Positions 36,559-45,791 of a stretch of DNA of 48,813 nt are shown here, piece by piece. A program made the translations under genes and the position numbers. Every line of letters starts with the position of its first letter. The stretch's first letter is position 1. The DNA lies in the NCBI GenBank assembly GCA_001785615.1, contig MFUG01000005.1:1-48813 (forward strand), in the 5' to 3' direction. This stretch comes from Candidatus Nomurabacteria bacterium RIFCSPHIGHO2_02_FULL_42_19 (GTDB lineage: Bacteria > Patescibacteriota > Minisyncoccia > Phycocordibacterales > UBA9973). The notes under the pieces are model-generated. The model did not search any database. It had not been told where the DNA came from and saw only the letters and a list, made by a program, of their open reading frames with translations.

Positions 36559-36566
36559 TTTACCTA

Positions 36567-37343
36567 TTATAGCACAGGAATAATTAGAGCGACTGACTCC
36601 ATTAAATTTTTTACGGATGAGCCCGGCTGACGGAGAAATTCTCGGACCTTGAAAATCTGATGCAGACAAATTTGTAAAGAATTTTGAACGGGGAAGGTTC
36701 CATCCGAAGGATGGAGTAATCCGGAAAAATTATTTACAAATTTCTTGTGAAGCACGCTCTCTACTGCATTCAAAAATCTAAGCGCTTTGGACCGTGCAGA
36801 GTCCAGTGTGACATCTTTCCCGACCCCTGTCGGGATCCCGACTTCGGTCGGAACCTCCGCTTCAGTTACTAACTCTTTTATAAAATTAATTCTACTTTGG
36901 AGCGGCGTCTTAATAAATTCTTCCGCTTCTTTCAACTCAATCCCCTCTTTTGGTTTAATTACATAAAATCTAGAGGCGAAGGTTTTAAGGAGCGCATTGA
37001 CGTCCGGTACAACTAGAAAAAAATGAGTATTCTCTATCGGCTCTTCAAACATTTTAAGCAGAGTATTCTGCGCCTCTAGTAAAAAATTATTAGCCGAAAT
37101 TACAAAAATTTTTCTACCCGCAGAATTTGCTTTTTCTCGGCTGAAGGACTTTAGATTACGCGCATCTTCCACCTTAAAAGAGTCCGCTTTTAGGTGAACA
37201 AAGTCCGAATTGCCAACTGTCTTTATTCCTAAATCCTCTACCGCTTCCAGAATTTCAGGTAAAATTTCCTCCCCAATTCCTTCTATCAAATACGCATGAT
37301 GCAGATTATTCTTGTTTATATGTTTTGAAATTTTGGAGCTCAT
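36567..37343 (-). CDS. holB: DNA polymerase III delta-prime-like clamp-loader subunit
   Basis: 258 aa with HHAYLIEG and a degenerate AAA+ fold. It is weakly conserved and contains the GC hairpin element at 36816-36854. Confidence 0.6.
   Translation of the reverse strand: MSSKISKHINKNNLHHAYLIEGIGEEILPEILEAVEDLGIKTVGNSDFVHLKADSFKVEDARNLKSFSREKANSAGRKIFVISANNFLLEAQNTLLKMFEEPIENTHFFLVVPDVNALLKTFASRFYVIKPKEGIELKEAEEFIKTPLQSRINFIKELVTEAEVPTEVGIPTGVGKDVTLDSARSKALRFLNAVESVLHKKFVNNFSGLLHPSDGTFPVQNSLQICLHQIFKVREFLRQPGSSVKNLMESVALIIPVL
36816..36854. repeat. double-hairpin CCCGAC/GTCGGG element, copy 1 (inside holB, in-frame)
   Basis: TTTCCCGACCCCTGTCGGGATCCCGACTTCGGTCGGAAC matches 36 of 39 nt to 44238-44276. 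It encodes VPTEVGIPTGVG in holB. Confidence 0.8.
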
Positions 37344-37344
37344 T

Positions 37345-37386
37345 TTATTTTTTACTTATTATTTTTTACTTATTATTTTTTACTTA
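37345..37386. repeat. 3 x 14-nt perfect tandem repeat TTATTTTTTACTTA spanning the mreB stop
   Basis: Units are at 37345-37358, 37359-37372 and 37373-37386. The last unit carries the mreB stop codon and its final codons. Confidence 0.9.
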
Positions 37387-38386
37387 GGACGGTCTTTTTG
37401 TATACATCCAAATGTTCTAGCGCGATGCCGGTACCTTTAGCCACGCAGAAAAGCGGGTCTTCGGCCAGTATTGCTTTGACTCCGGTTTTGCGATAAACCA
37501 AATCCGTAAAATTACGCAAGAGAGATGAACCGCCGGTCATGATGATGCCGTAATCCATAATGTCGGAAGCAAGTTCCGGTGGGGTCTCCTGCAAAACATC
37601 TTTAATGGCTTTAATAATACGTTTCAATTCACCGTCTATGGCCCGCACTATTTCGTTGGTGCCGATTTGGGCCGAGCGGGGCAAGCCCTGGATAAAGTCC
37701 CGGCCTTTTATGGTAGCGCGTAGTTCTTCTTCCAGCGGCACCGCCGCGCCGATTTTTATTTTTACTTCTTCGGCAGTTCTGTCGCCGATGGCTAGGTTGA
37801 AAGTTTTTTTAATATAATCCGCGATGGCTTGGTCAATTTTATTTCCGGCGCATTTGACTGAAGTAGAAGCCACAATTCCCCCGAGCGATATTACCGCCAC
37901 GTCCGTCGTGCCTCCGCCAATGTCCACAATCATATACCCTCTCGATTCATGAATGGGAATGCCAGCGCCGATAGCCGCCAAGATGGGCTCTTTTACCACA
38001 TAAGCATTTTTAGCGCCGGCTTTTATCGCCGCTTCTACTACGGCTCTGCGCTCCGTAGATGTAACCCCGGCCGGAACCGACACCATCACATCCGGTTTGA
38101 AAAGATTGAAGCGCCCCATCGCTTTATTTATAAAATACTTAAGCATCGCCTCAGTCACCCGATAATCCGCGATCACTCCGTCTTTCATCGGACAATAAGT
38201 GATAATGTTCTCCGGGGTCTTGCCGATCATGTCTTTGGCTTCAAAGCCAATAGCTAGAATTTTATTATCCTGCTCGGACACCGCCACCACGGAGGGCTCG
38301 TTTAACACGATGCCTTTACCCGGCAAAAACACCAAAGTATTGGCCGTACCCAGATCTATGCCTAGTTTTCTTCCGAAAAATGCCAT
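37373..38386 (-). CDS. mreB: rod-shape-determining protein MreB
   Basis: 337 aa with GIDLGTANTLV, DIGGGTTDVAV and an actin-fold layout. Confidence 0.95.
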   Translation of the reverse strand: MAFFGRKLGIDLGTANTLVFLPGKGIVLNEPSVVAVSEQDNKILAIGFEAKDMIGKTPENIITYCPMKDGVIADYRVTEAMLKYFINKAMGRFNLFKPDVMVSVPAGVTSTERRAVVEAAIKAGAKNAYVVKEPILAAIGAGIPIHESRGYMIVDIGGGTTDVAVISLGGIVASTSVKCAGNKIDQAIADYIKKTFNLAIGDRTAEEVKIKIGAAVPLEEELRATIKGRDFIQGLPRSAQIGTNEIVRAIDGELKRIIKAIKDVLQETPPELASDIMDYGIIMTGGSSLLRNFTDLVYRKTGVKAILAEDPLFCVAKGTGIALEHLDVYKKTVLSKK

Positions 38387-38414
38387 TAAAGTAATATATC
38401 ACACTTGTGTTAGA

Positions 38415-38750
38415 ATGAAAGAATCAAAGAAAATTATGAATGATGACTTAAAAAATCCTTTCCGAAACTACATGGACAGCTTCAGGATACATGAAGAAGT
38501 GGAGAACCCTGTACACGAAATCGTCAACATATACTACGAGATGCGCAGGTGGGATAATATGCCAAAAAAATTTTACGAGAAAAAAGAACGAAGCTATCCG
38601 AAGCTTGCGCATGAAGCAAAAATGTTATACGAGGCCTGCGAGGAGGAGTTGGAAGATGCGGTCTGGGCACTGGATAAAATGAAATACTTGGCCGACAAAG
38701 GAGGATTCGATTGGTCTATAATTACTTGCTTAAAACATAAATTGAAGTAG
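38415..38750 (+). CDS. hypothetical protein (111 aa)
   Basis: In-frame ATG at 38415 just past the mreB start. The upstream part of track ORF 38199-38750 is antisense to mreB. Composition is host-like. Confidence 0.5.
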   Translation: MKESKKIMNDDLKNPFRNYMDSFRIHEEVENPVHEIVNIYYEMRRWDNMPKKFYEKKERSYPKLAHEAKMLYEACEEELEDAVWALDKMKYLADKGGFDWSIITCLKHKLK

Positions 38751-38785
38751 AGTGGAAAAATTAATTTAAATAAAATAAAAAGAGT

Positions 38786-38813
38786 TTGACTTCACGAGTA
38801 GATAGTTTATAGT
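38786..38813 (+). promoter_or_regulatory. promoter of island D (TTGACT-16-TATAGT)
   Basis: The -35 is at 38786-38791 and the -10 at 38808-38813. Confidence 0.6.
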
Positions 38814-38836
38814 TTTAGATGAGGAGGAGAGTTCCT

Positions 38837-39031
38837 ATGTATTACGTTTTACTGCAGAAAGTGCCTGTCTGGGGTATTCCAGGGTTGTTGAAACCTGTTT
38901 GGACCACAGACGTGGAGAGGGCTCGTGCAGAGATGATCACGAGCCCGCAAGGAAGCACTCTGCTCCAAGAGGTTCCTCCGCGACCAAGCAGAATAATCGA
39001 TCCGCAGAGGGAATACCACGCCGGCAAGTAG
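38837..39031 (+). CDS. GC-rich orphan small protein (64 aa), island D
   Basis: ATG 38837 follows GAGGAGGAGA (38821-38830). An alternative ATG at 38819 sits at the predicted transcription start site. A perfect terminator follows. Confidence 0.55.
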   Translation: MYYVLLQKVPVWGIPGLLKPVWTTDVERARAEMITSPQGSTLLQEVPPRPSRIIDPQREYHAGK

Positions 39032-39040
39032 TGCCCCGTC

Positions 39041-39090
39041 AGAGGACGCAGCAAGGGCAAACCCTCGCTGCGTCCTCTCGACACTTTTTT
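39041..39090 (+). terminator. rho-independent terminator of island D
   Basis: Perfect 12-bp stem AGAGGACGCAGC/GCTGCGTCCTCT (39041-39052 and 39068-39079), then TTTTTT at 39085-39090. Confidence 0.85.
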
Positions 39091-39093
39091 ATT

Positions 39094-39774
39094 TTAGGCC
39101 ACAATTACCGTAAACTCCCCTTTTTGTTTAACAGGATTTTCTTTTAAGTATTCCAAAAGTTCTGCGGCCTTCCCGGTCTTAAATTCTTCATAAATTTTCG
39201 TAAGCTCTCGAGCTAGGCATACCTTTTTTTCTGGACAAAATTTTGCAAGCGATTCCAGTGTTTTCAAAATACGGTGCGGGGATTCGTAAAACGCAATTGT
39301 CCTTTTTGCTTCGGTAATTTCCTTGAACAATGTTTCTCTGCCCTTCTTGTGCGGCAAAAATCCAAGGAAAGTAAATTCGTGTATGGGCAAGCCGCAAGCC
39401 GAGAGCGCAGCGATAACGGCCGAAGGTCCCGGCACCGGAATTACATCTACGCTATAGCGTAGATTGTCGTTGTCCTTGATTTGCGCCACTAGCATGGCCC
39501 CAGGGTCGGAAATCCCCGGTGTACCAGCGTCGGAGACCAATGCCAAGTCCTTGCCCTCTTCTAGAAGTTTAAAAATTTTATCTGTTTTTGCCAATTTGCT
39601 GTGAGTATGATAACTTAGCGTGGCCGTGCCAATTCCATATTTATTGAGAAGCTTTTTCGTCTCGCGGGTGTCCTCGCATAAAATCAAGTCCACATTTTTT
39701 AATGTTTCAATTGCGCGGAGGGTGATATCCCCCAGGTTGCCTATCGGAGTAGCTACTATATAGAGCTTAGACAT
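39094..39774 (-). CDS. rsmI: 16S rRNA (cytidine1402-2'-O)-methyltransferase
   Basis: 226 aa with LYIVATPIGNLGDITLRA and LILCEDTR, a tetrapyrrole-methylase fold. Confidence 0.9.
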   Translation of the reverse strand: MSKLYIVATPIGNLGDITLRAIETLKNVDLILCEDTRETKKLLNKYGIGTATLSYHTHSKLAKTDKIFKLLEEGKDLALVSDAGTPGISDPGAMLVAQIKDNDNLRYSVDVIPVPGPSAVIAALSACGLPIHEFTFLGFLPHKKGRETLFKEITEAKRTIAFYESPHRILKTLESLAKFCPEKKVCLARELTKIYEEFKTGKAAELLEYLKENPVKQKGEFTVIVA

Positions 39775-40240
39775 TTGCCTTGCTCTCTTTTAGAACAGGT
39801 AAGCTCGCTAGAATGATTACGGCAAGTGAGACAATGAGAATATTTTTTAAGATGTATTGCCCTTCCAGCGTAGGAATACCAAGACCCTGCCAAGTTAGTT
39901 CCGGTAAAATAAACAACGGCAGAATAGTTGTGATAAAATGAAATGCCAAAAGAAAAAGGCCTAGGCGGGTGAGGGATGGAGTTATAAAAATAAGACCAAT
40001 GATAATTTCAAGTACGCCAAAGGCAATTAAGAATGGTTCCGGTGCAACCGTGGGCATGGTCTTATTCAAGAGCGCTATGATCAGGGGATTCGCCGCGCCG
40101 TTAGCGGAGAAAATCTTAATTGCTCCGAAATAAACATACACAGCGAAAATGGCAAAGCGCGCAAATGGCACTGCTATTCTCCCCGCCCAACTCACCAGCA
40201 CTTCATCCCAATTTTCTATTTTTTGATTAAAGTTTTGCAT
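39767..40240 (-). CDS. hypothetical 4-TM membrane protein
   Basis: 157-aa hydrophobic ORF overlapping the rsmI start. It begins 7 nt after the island E small ORF stop. Confidence 0.6.
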   Translation of the reverse strand: MQNFNQKIENWDEVLVSWAGRIAVPFARFAIFAVYVYFGAIKIFSANGAANPLIIALLNKTMPTVAPEPFLIAFGVLEIIIGLIFITPSLTRLGLFLLAFHFITTILPLFILPELTWQGLGIPTLEGQYILKNILIVSLAVIILASLPVLKESKANV

Positions 40241-40247
40241 TTTGAGA

Positions 40248-40397
40248 TTATATAACGTCTGTATAAAAAGTTAAAGGGGAGTCAACGTATCCCTCGATTT
40301 TTATGGGGAAGCTGTAAGAACTGAACGCCATGATGGCATTCGTTCTTACTTCGTACCTATACTGGTACGCGAATATTTCTCTTTCCACTCTTTCCAT
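40248..40397 (-). CDS. candidate 49-aa ORF behind structured leader, island E
   Basis: Hand translation gives MERVEREIFAYQYRYEVRTNAIMAFSSYSFPIKIEGYVDSPLTFYTDVI. AGGAG (40410-40406) lies 8 nt before ATG 40397. The ORF is below the ORF-track threshold. Confidence 0.4.
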   Translation of the reverse strand: MERVEREIFAYQYRYEVRTNAIMAFSSYSFPIKIEGYVDSPLTFYTDVI

Positions 40398-40580
40398 TTT
40401 ATCATCTCCTCGGTCGATTGACCGAAGAAGCCAGTTCGCGACATGCGATTAACCGTTACCGGTTACTGGCATCGCCCTACTAGGGGCGAGTCTCGGCTTG
40501 AAGCCAGACGGTTAAGTAATTTTTGAAAACAACCTAACTGCCTGGCTCCAATTTTGGCGAGAATTCAAAGAACGCTATAT
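40398..40580 (-). promoter_or_regulatory. structured 5' leader of about 180 nt (candidate cis-regulatory RNA, class unknown)
   Basis: Read on the minus strand: a long irregular hairpin; an alternative pairing of CUGGCUU; hairpin UCGCCC/GGGCGA; a three-way junction GCCAGU[AACCG-GUAA-CGGUU][UCGC-AUGUC-GCGA]ACUGGC; and a final 8-bp helix CUUCGGUC/GACCGAGG that buries part of the SD. Confidence 0.5.
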
Positions 40581-40586
40581 CCTAGT

Positions 40587-40615
40587 AGTATAGCATGTTT
40601 CAAGTCAAAAGTCAA
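40587..40615 (-). promoter_or_regulatory. consensus-like promoter for island E leader (TTGACT-17-TATACT)
   Basis: The -35 is at 40615-40610 and the -10 at 40592-40587 on the minus strand. Confidence 0.65.
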
Positions 40616-40664
40616 GCCAAATTGGCTTATATTATAAGGGCTAATTGACCTAAATTTGTATTAC

Positions 40665-40922
40665 TCATTTATAGACATCATGGTCGCCAACAGTCATAAA
40701 TACAACCTCGTCTTTTTTTAGATAGCCAAAAACTATTCTATAACGATAATCTATAGAAAAACTATATCGGGAGGCAAATCGACCATGTAATTTATGGACT
40801 TTCAGCATTTTGTGATTTTTTCTATCTTTAAAAAGTTCAGTTTTTTCTAGAACTTCTTCTTGTAATTCATTTGGGAGATTATTATATTGTTTAATAAAAG
40901 ATTGAGTATAAGCAATCTTCAT
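40665..40922 (-). CDS. type II toxin, RelE/ParE superfamily
   Basis: 85 aa. Size, basic composition and the C-terminal motif YRIVF...V..VGDHD are typical of RelE/YafQ-like toxins. It starts 4 nt after the antitoxin stop. Confidence 0.75.
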   Translation of the reverse strand: MKIAYTQSFIKQYNNLPNELQEEVLEKTELFKDRKNHKMLKVHKLHGRFASRYSFSIDYRYRIVFGYLKKDEVVFMTVGDHDVYK

Positions 40923-40926
40923 AAAA

Positions 40927-41148
40927 TTACTTAAATTTTTTAGATATTTTTCGTAAATCGCCTCTAAAAATCAAACCATCTTTTATATCCTGTTCGGCTC
41001 TAAGTAAGGCAAAAACTGCTTCCTCCTCAGTAAGGCGAGTCAGAGCTTTGCGCATAACTGCAGCTTTATTTTCCGCGAAACCGGATTTGACTAAATTATT
41101 TAAGGATAATTCCAATTTTGAATTTAAGGGCACAGATATTGTAGACAT
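40927..41148 (-). CDS. type II antitoxin (RHH/ParD-like)
   Basis: 73 aa immediately upstream of the toxin. The N-terminal beta-strand and helix pattern (ISVPLNSKLELSLNNLV) is consistent with an RHH fold. Confidence 0.65.
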   Translation of the reverse strand: MSTISVPLNSKLELSLNNLVKSGFAENKAAVMRKALTRLTEEEAVFALLRAEQDIKDGLIFRGDLRKISKKFK

Positions 41149-41184
41149 ATGATTATATAATATTAACTTATAATACTATAATTC

Positions 41185-41213
41185 AGTATATACCTAGCTA
41201 CGAGAGTAGTCAA
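41185..41213 (-). promoter_or_regulatory. toxin-antitoxin operon promoter (TTGACT-17-TATACT)
   Basis: The -35 is at 41213-41208 and the -10 at 41190-41185. The near-palindrome TTATAATACTATAA lies in the 5' UTR. Confidence 0.6.
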
Positions 41214-41216
41214 GCA

Positions 41217-41663
41217 CTATTTTCTGTATTTCCTAGTCCTCCATTTATCCGCAATTTTTACGCGAGTAAGGGAGCGCTCAAGCTCGGCTTCGAAATGCTC
41301 GAAATCCACGAGTTCTTTGTTTTCCATTTTCTTTTTCAATTCTTCGGACTTCCTTTTTGCTTCTTCTATTTTTGCATCTGATATTTCTGAAACATGTTCC
41401 GCAAAGTCCGCTAGTACTGCAACTTCAGTAGTACCCTCTTCATTTTGTTTCACTTCTAAAAATCCGCCCGCCACTGCCATGGGGATATGCTCGCCACCTG
41501 AAGTAGCTACCACGTCTCCGGATTTAAGTCCCACCACTAGAGGAATATGATCCGGCAATACCGTGATCTCCCCTTCAGAAGTCGGCAAACTAACAAAGTC
41601 CACCATTTCTTCTAGGACGAGACGTTCTGGGGTAACTATTTTTAATTTTAATTGTTTTGCCAT
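41217..41663 (-). CDS. atpC: F1 ATP synthase subunit epsilon
   Basis: MAKQLKLKIVTPERLV is the usual epsilon N-terminus, so I prefer ATG 41663 over the track TTG at 41693. Confidence 0.88.
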   Translation of the reverse strand: MAKQLKLKIVTPERLVLEEMVDFVSLPTSEGEITVLPDHIPLVVGLKSGDVVATSGGEHIPMAVAGGFLEVKQNEEGTTEVAVLADFAEHVSEISDAKIEEAKRKSEELKKKMENKELVDFEHFEAELERSLTRVKIADKWRTRKYRK

Positions 41664-41820
41664 ATGTAAGTATTTTTGAATAGCTTCTCTCAAAATGCAA
41701 TCTGTCTAGCTAAGCTTAGCTAGCGAACTGCTCGTCGCTCAAGAAAATAATAATCGGATTACCTCTTTTCTTTTCTAAGCTCCTGCGCAAGGCATTTCTT
41801 AAGAACTATTCAAAAAAATT

Positions 41821-43266
<1,446 letters not shown>

Positions 43267-43326
43267 TTATAATAAATTACTTTATTCACAAAGCTTTTAG
43301 CTTTTTAGTTAACTAGCTATCTTCTA

Positions 43327-44229
43327 TCAGCTGACTGAAGCCATCCCTGCGCTGATCTCCGATATTTCTCTAGTAATATTCGACTGTCTTGCCTTGTTAA
43401 ATACCAGTGTTAAGTCATCAATCATTTCCCCCGAGGCCTCACTCGCATTCTTCATCGCTACCATCCTGCTCGACTGCTCGGAAGCATTGGACTCTAGGAG
43501 CATCTGGTATATCTGCATGCGGGTTAACTTTTCCGCCAAGGAAGTTATAAGCTCTTCCCGGTTTCCTTCAAATAAATAATTTACTCTTTTCATTTCCTTC
43601 GCTCCTTTTTTAGGGGCTAGATTTTCTATCAATTCCTTGAGCTCCGTCTTTGAAATCGGAAGGATCTGTTTTATATTCGGCCGCTGGGTCAGAGCTGAAA
43701 TAAAATCCGTGTAAGCTACTAAAACTTTATCATAATGTTCCAGGGTATATTCATCCATTATCATTTTGGATATCGGTAAAACATCCGAGAGAGAGATATT
43801 GTCTGGGAGTTCAGTGAAGCTGGCAATGATGTTTCGGCCCAAGCGACGCATCGAGGTATCGCCCTTTTTACCGATTGAAAGTATATCAATCTTAGTGTTT
43901 TTATTTTCTTCTTGATTTTTTAATATGGAAATCGCTTTTTTCGTTACTTGCGCGTTGTAGGCGCCACAGAGTCCGCGGTTGGAAGTAATGAGCACCAACA
44001 AAATATTTCTCGCTTCTCTTTCAATAAAAAGTGGATGGGTGGAGTCCTCTAAATTCCGAGCGATTGAGGTCAAGATTTCCCAAGAATATTCCGCATATAG
44101 TCGTGAGGCAAGTGTGGAAGAAACCGCGCGCTTCATTTTACTGGCTGCCACCAGCTCCATCGCCTTGGTGATTTTCTTGGTGCTTTTGACCGATTTTATT
44201 CTATTTTTAATTGCTTTACTGTTTGACAT
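43327..44229 (-). CDS. atpG: F1 ATP synthase subunit gamma
   Basis: 300 aa with IKNRIKSVKSTKKITKAMELVAASKMKRA at the N-terminus and ITREISEI at the C-terminus. Confidence 0.93.
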   Translation of the reverse strand: MSNSKAIKNRIKSVKSTKKITKAMELVAASKMKRAVSSTLASRLYAEYSWEILTSIARNLEDSTHPLFIEREARNILLVLITSNRGLCGAYNAQVTKKAISILKNQEENKNTKIDILSIGKKGDTSMRRLGRNIIASFTELPDNISLSDVLPISKMIMDEYTLEHYDKVLVAYTDFISALTQRPNIKQILPISKTELKELIENLAPKKGAKEMKRVNYLFEGNREELITSLAEKLTRMQIYQMLLESNASEQSSRMVAMKNASEASGEMIDDLTLVFNKARQSNITREISEISAGMASVS

Positions 44230-44237
44230 AATTTAAT

Positions 44238-44276
44238 TTTCCCGACCTCTGTCGGGATCCCGACTTTGGTCGGGAC
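44238..44276. repeat. double-hairpin CCCGAC/GTCGGG element, copy 2 (atpA-atpG intercistronic)
   Basis: TTTCCCGACCTCTGTCGGGATCCCGACTTTGGTCGGGAC. The hairpins are 44241-44256 and 44258-44275. Confidence 0.8.
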
Positions 44277-44285
44277 TTTTGTTCC

Positions 44286-45782
44286 CTAACTAAAACTATT
44301 CTTATAATCTTCTATCACTTTTTCTAATTCTTTCTCCCCTTTATTCGTCCACATTTTTGTATCTTTTATTTCTTTATAAAAGGTCTTGGCATTGCGCTCG
44401 CTGTAATCCGTGAGTCCTTGTTCAAATGCTTTTATTTTCTCCACTGGCACATCGTCCATGAAGCCCTTGGTTAGAGCGTATAGGGTAACCACTTGATGCT
44501 CGGTCTTTACTGGAGAATATTGGAGTTGTTTCAACACTTCCACCGCTCTTTTGCCGCGTTCAAGCTGACGCTTGGTGCTCTCATCCAAATCAGAACCGAA
44601 TTGGGAAAATGCTTCCAGCTCGCGGAACTGCGCTAAGTCCAGCTTGAGCGTTCCTGCCACTTTTTTCATTGCCTTAATCTGTGCATTTCCTCCCACGCGA
44701 GACACTGATGAGCCCACGTTTACCGCCGGGCGAATACCTTTATAAAAAAGATCGGTCTCAAGGAAAATCTGCCCGTCCGTAATAGAAATCACATTCGTTG
44801 GAATATACGCCGAAATGTCGCCAGCTTGGGTTTCAATAATAGGTAGCGCGGTGATAGACCCTCCGCCATACTTAGCATTTCTTCGGCAAGCTCTTTCAAG
44901 CAAACGAGAATGTAAATAAAAAACGTCACCCGGATATGCTTCACGGCCAGGTGGACGACGTAGTAAAAGAGAAATTTCGCGATAAGCCACAGCATGCTTG
45001 GACAAGTCATCGTAAATAATTAACACGTCCTTACCCTTATCCATAAAGTATTCTGCAACGGCAACTCCGGCATATGGCGCAATGTACGAGAGTGGTGCTG
45101 GTTCCGATGCGCCCGCAGAAACTATGACAGTGTAAGCCATAGCGCCACCTTCTTCCAGGCGCGCCTCGATCTTACGAAGTTTGGAATCCTTTTGCCCGAT
45201 GGAAACATAAACACAAATCATGTTCTGGCCTTTTTGATTTAGAATACTATCTATGCAGAGAGCGGTCTTGCCTGTTTGTCTGTCACCAATAATAAGTTCA
45301 CGCTGACCGCGACCGACGGGAATGATAGCATCAATTACTTTTATACCAGTAGCCACCGGCTCGGAAACACTCTGCCTGGTTACTACCCCTGTCGCAACTT
45401 TTTCAATCGGATAGGTCTTGTCCGCTTTGATAGCGCCTTTGCCATCAATGGCTTGCCCTAAAGGACTTACAACGCGGCCAAGTAACGAGTCCCCGACCGG
45501 AATTTCCAAGATTTTGCCTGTCGCTTTTACTTCATTGCCTTCTTTTATTTTTGAAAAGTCACCCAGAATAACGACCCCGACTGTGTCCTCTTCCAGGTTG
45601 AGCGCCACACCGGTCTCGCCATTTTGAAAAGTAACCATTTCGGAGGATTTGATGTCAGAGAGTCCAGAGATCTTGGCAATACCGTCGAAAACTTCAATAA
45701 CATGACCGACTTTCTCTGTCTTCGTATCTGCCTTGAAGGCCTCTATTTCTTTTCTTAAATTTTCTATGATATGGTTTGACAT
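44286..45782 (-). CDS. atpA: F1 ATP synthase subunit alpha
   Basis: 498 aa with GDRQTGKTA Walker A. Confidence 0.96.
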   Translation of the reverse strand: MSNHIIENLRKEIEAFKADTKTEKVGHVIEVFDGIAKISGLSDIKSSEMVTFQNGETGVALNLEEDTVGVVILGDFSKIKEGNEVKATGKILEIPVGDSLLGRVVSPLGQAIDGKGAIKADKTYPIEKVATGVVTRQSVSEPVATGIKVIDAIIPVGRGQRELIIGDRQTGKTALCIDSILNQKGQNMICVYVSIGQKDSKLRKIEARLEEGGAMAYTVIVSAGASEPAPLSYIAPYAGVAVAEYFMDKGKDVLIIYDDLSKHAVAYREISLLLRRPPGREAYPGDVFYLHSRLLERACRRNAKYGGGSITALPIIETQAGDISAYIPTNVISITDGQIFLETDLFYKGIRPAVNVGSSVSRVGGNAQIKAMKKVAGTLKLDLAQFRELEAFSQFGSDLDESTKRQLERGKRAVEVLKQLQYSPVKTEHQVVTLYALTKGFMDDVPVEKIKAFEQGLTDYSERNAKTFYKEIKDTKMWTNKGEKELEKVIEDYKNSFS

Positions 45783-45791
45783 ATTCTTCTT

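Noticed and set aside
37345-37386. Considered whether the short tandem repeats here could be a CRISPR array.
   Set aside because: The units are contiguous with no spacers, only 14 nt long and only three in number. No cas genes are present.
38199-38414. N-terminal 72 codons of track ORF 38199-38750.
   Set aside because: This part is antisense to the well-supported mreB gene. The ORF was trimmed to the ATG at 38415, just outside mreB.
40330-40452. Plus-strand 40-aa ORF (MMAFVLTSYLYWYANISLSTLSILSS...) antisense to the island E small ORF. I considered it as a type I toxin-like hydrophobic peptide.
   Set aside because: No SD or promoter is visible on the plus strand, whereas the minus strand has a consensus promoter and an SD. 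It remains a possible alternative reading if transcriptomics shows plus-strand RNA.
40261-40580. Tested by eye as tmRNA, RNase P RNA, SRP RNA or a known riboswitch class.
   Set aside because: None of the expected cores is present: no tRNA-like 3' end or tag ORF, no GGAAAGUCCGG or ACAGAA RNase P cores, no SRP GGAA/AGCA motif, and no conserved cores of TPP, B12, SAM, FMN, glycine, ZTP, fluoride or guanidine classes. I kept it as an unclassified structured leader.
41664-41693. TTG-initiated 10-codon extension of atpC (MREAIQKYLH).
   Set aside because: Epsilon subunits normally begin close to the MAKxLxLxIVTPE motif, and ATG 41663 gives that N-terminus.
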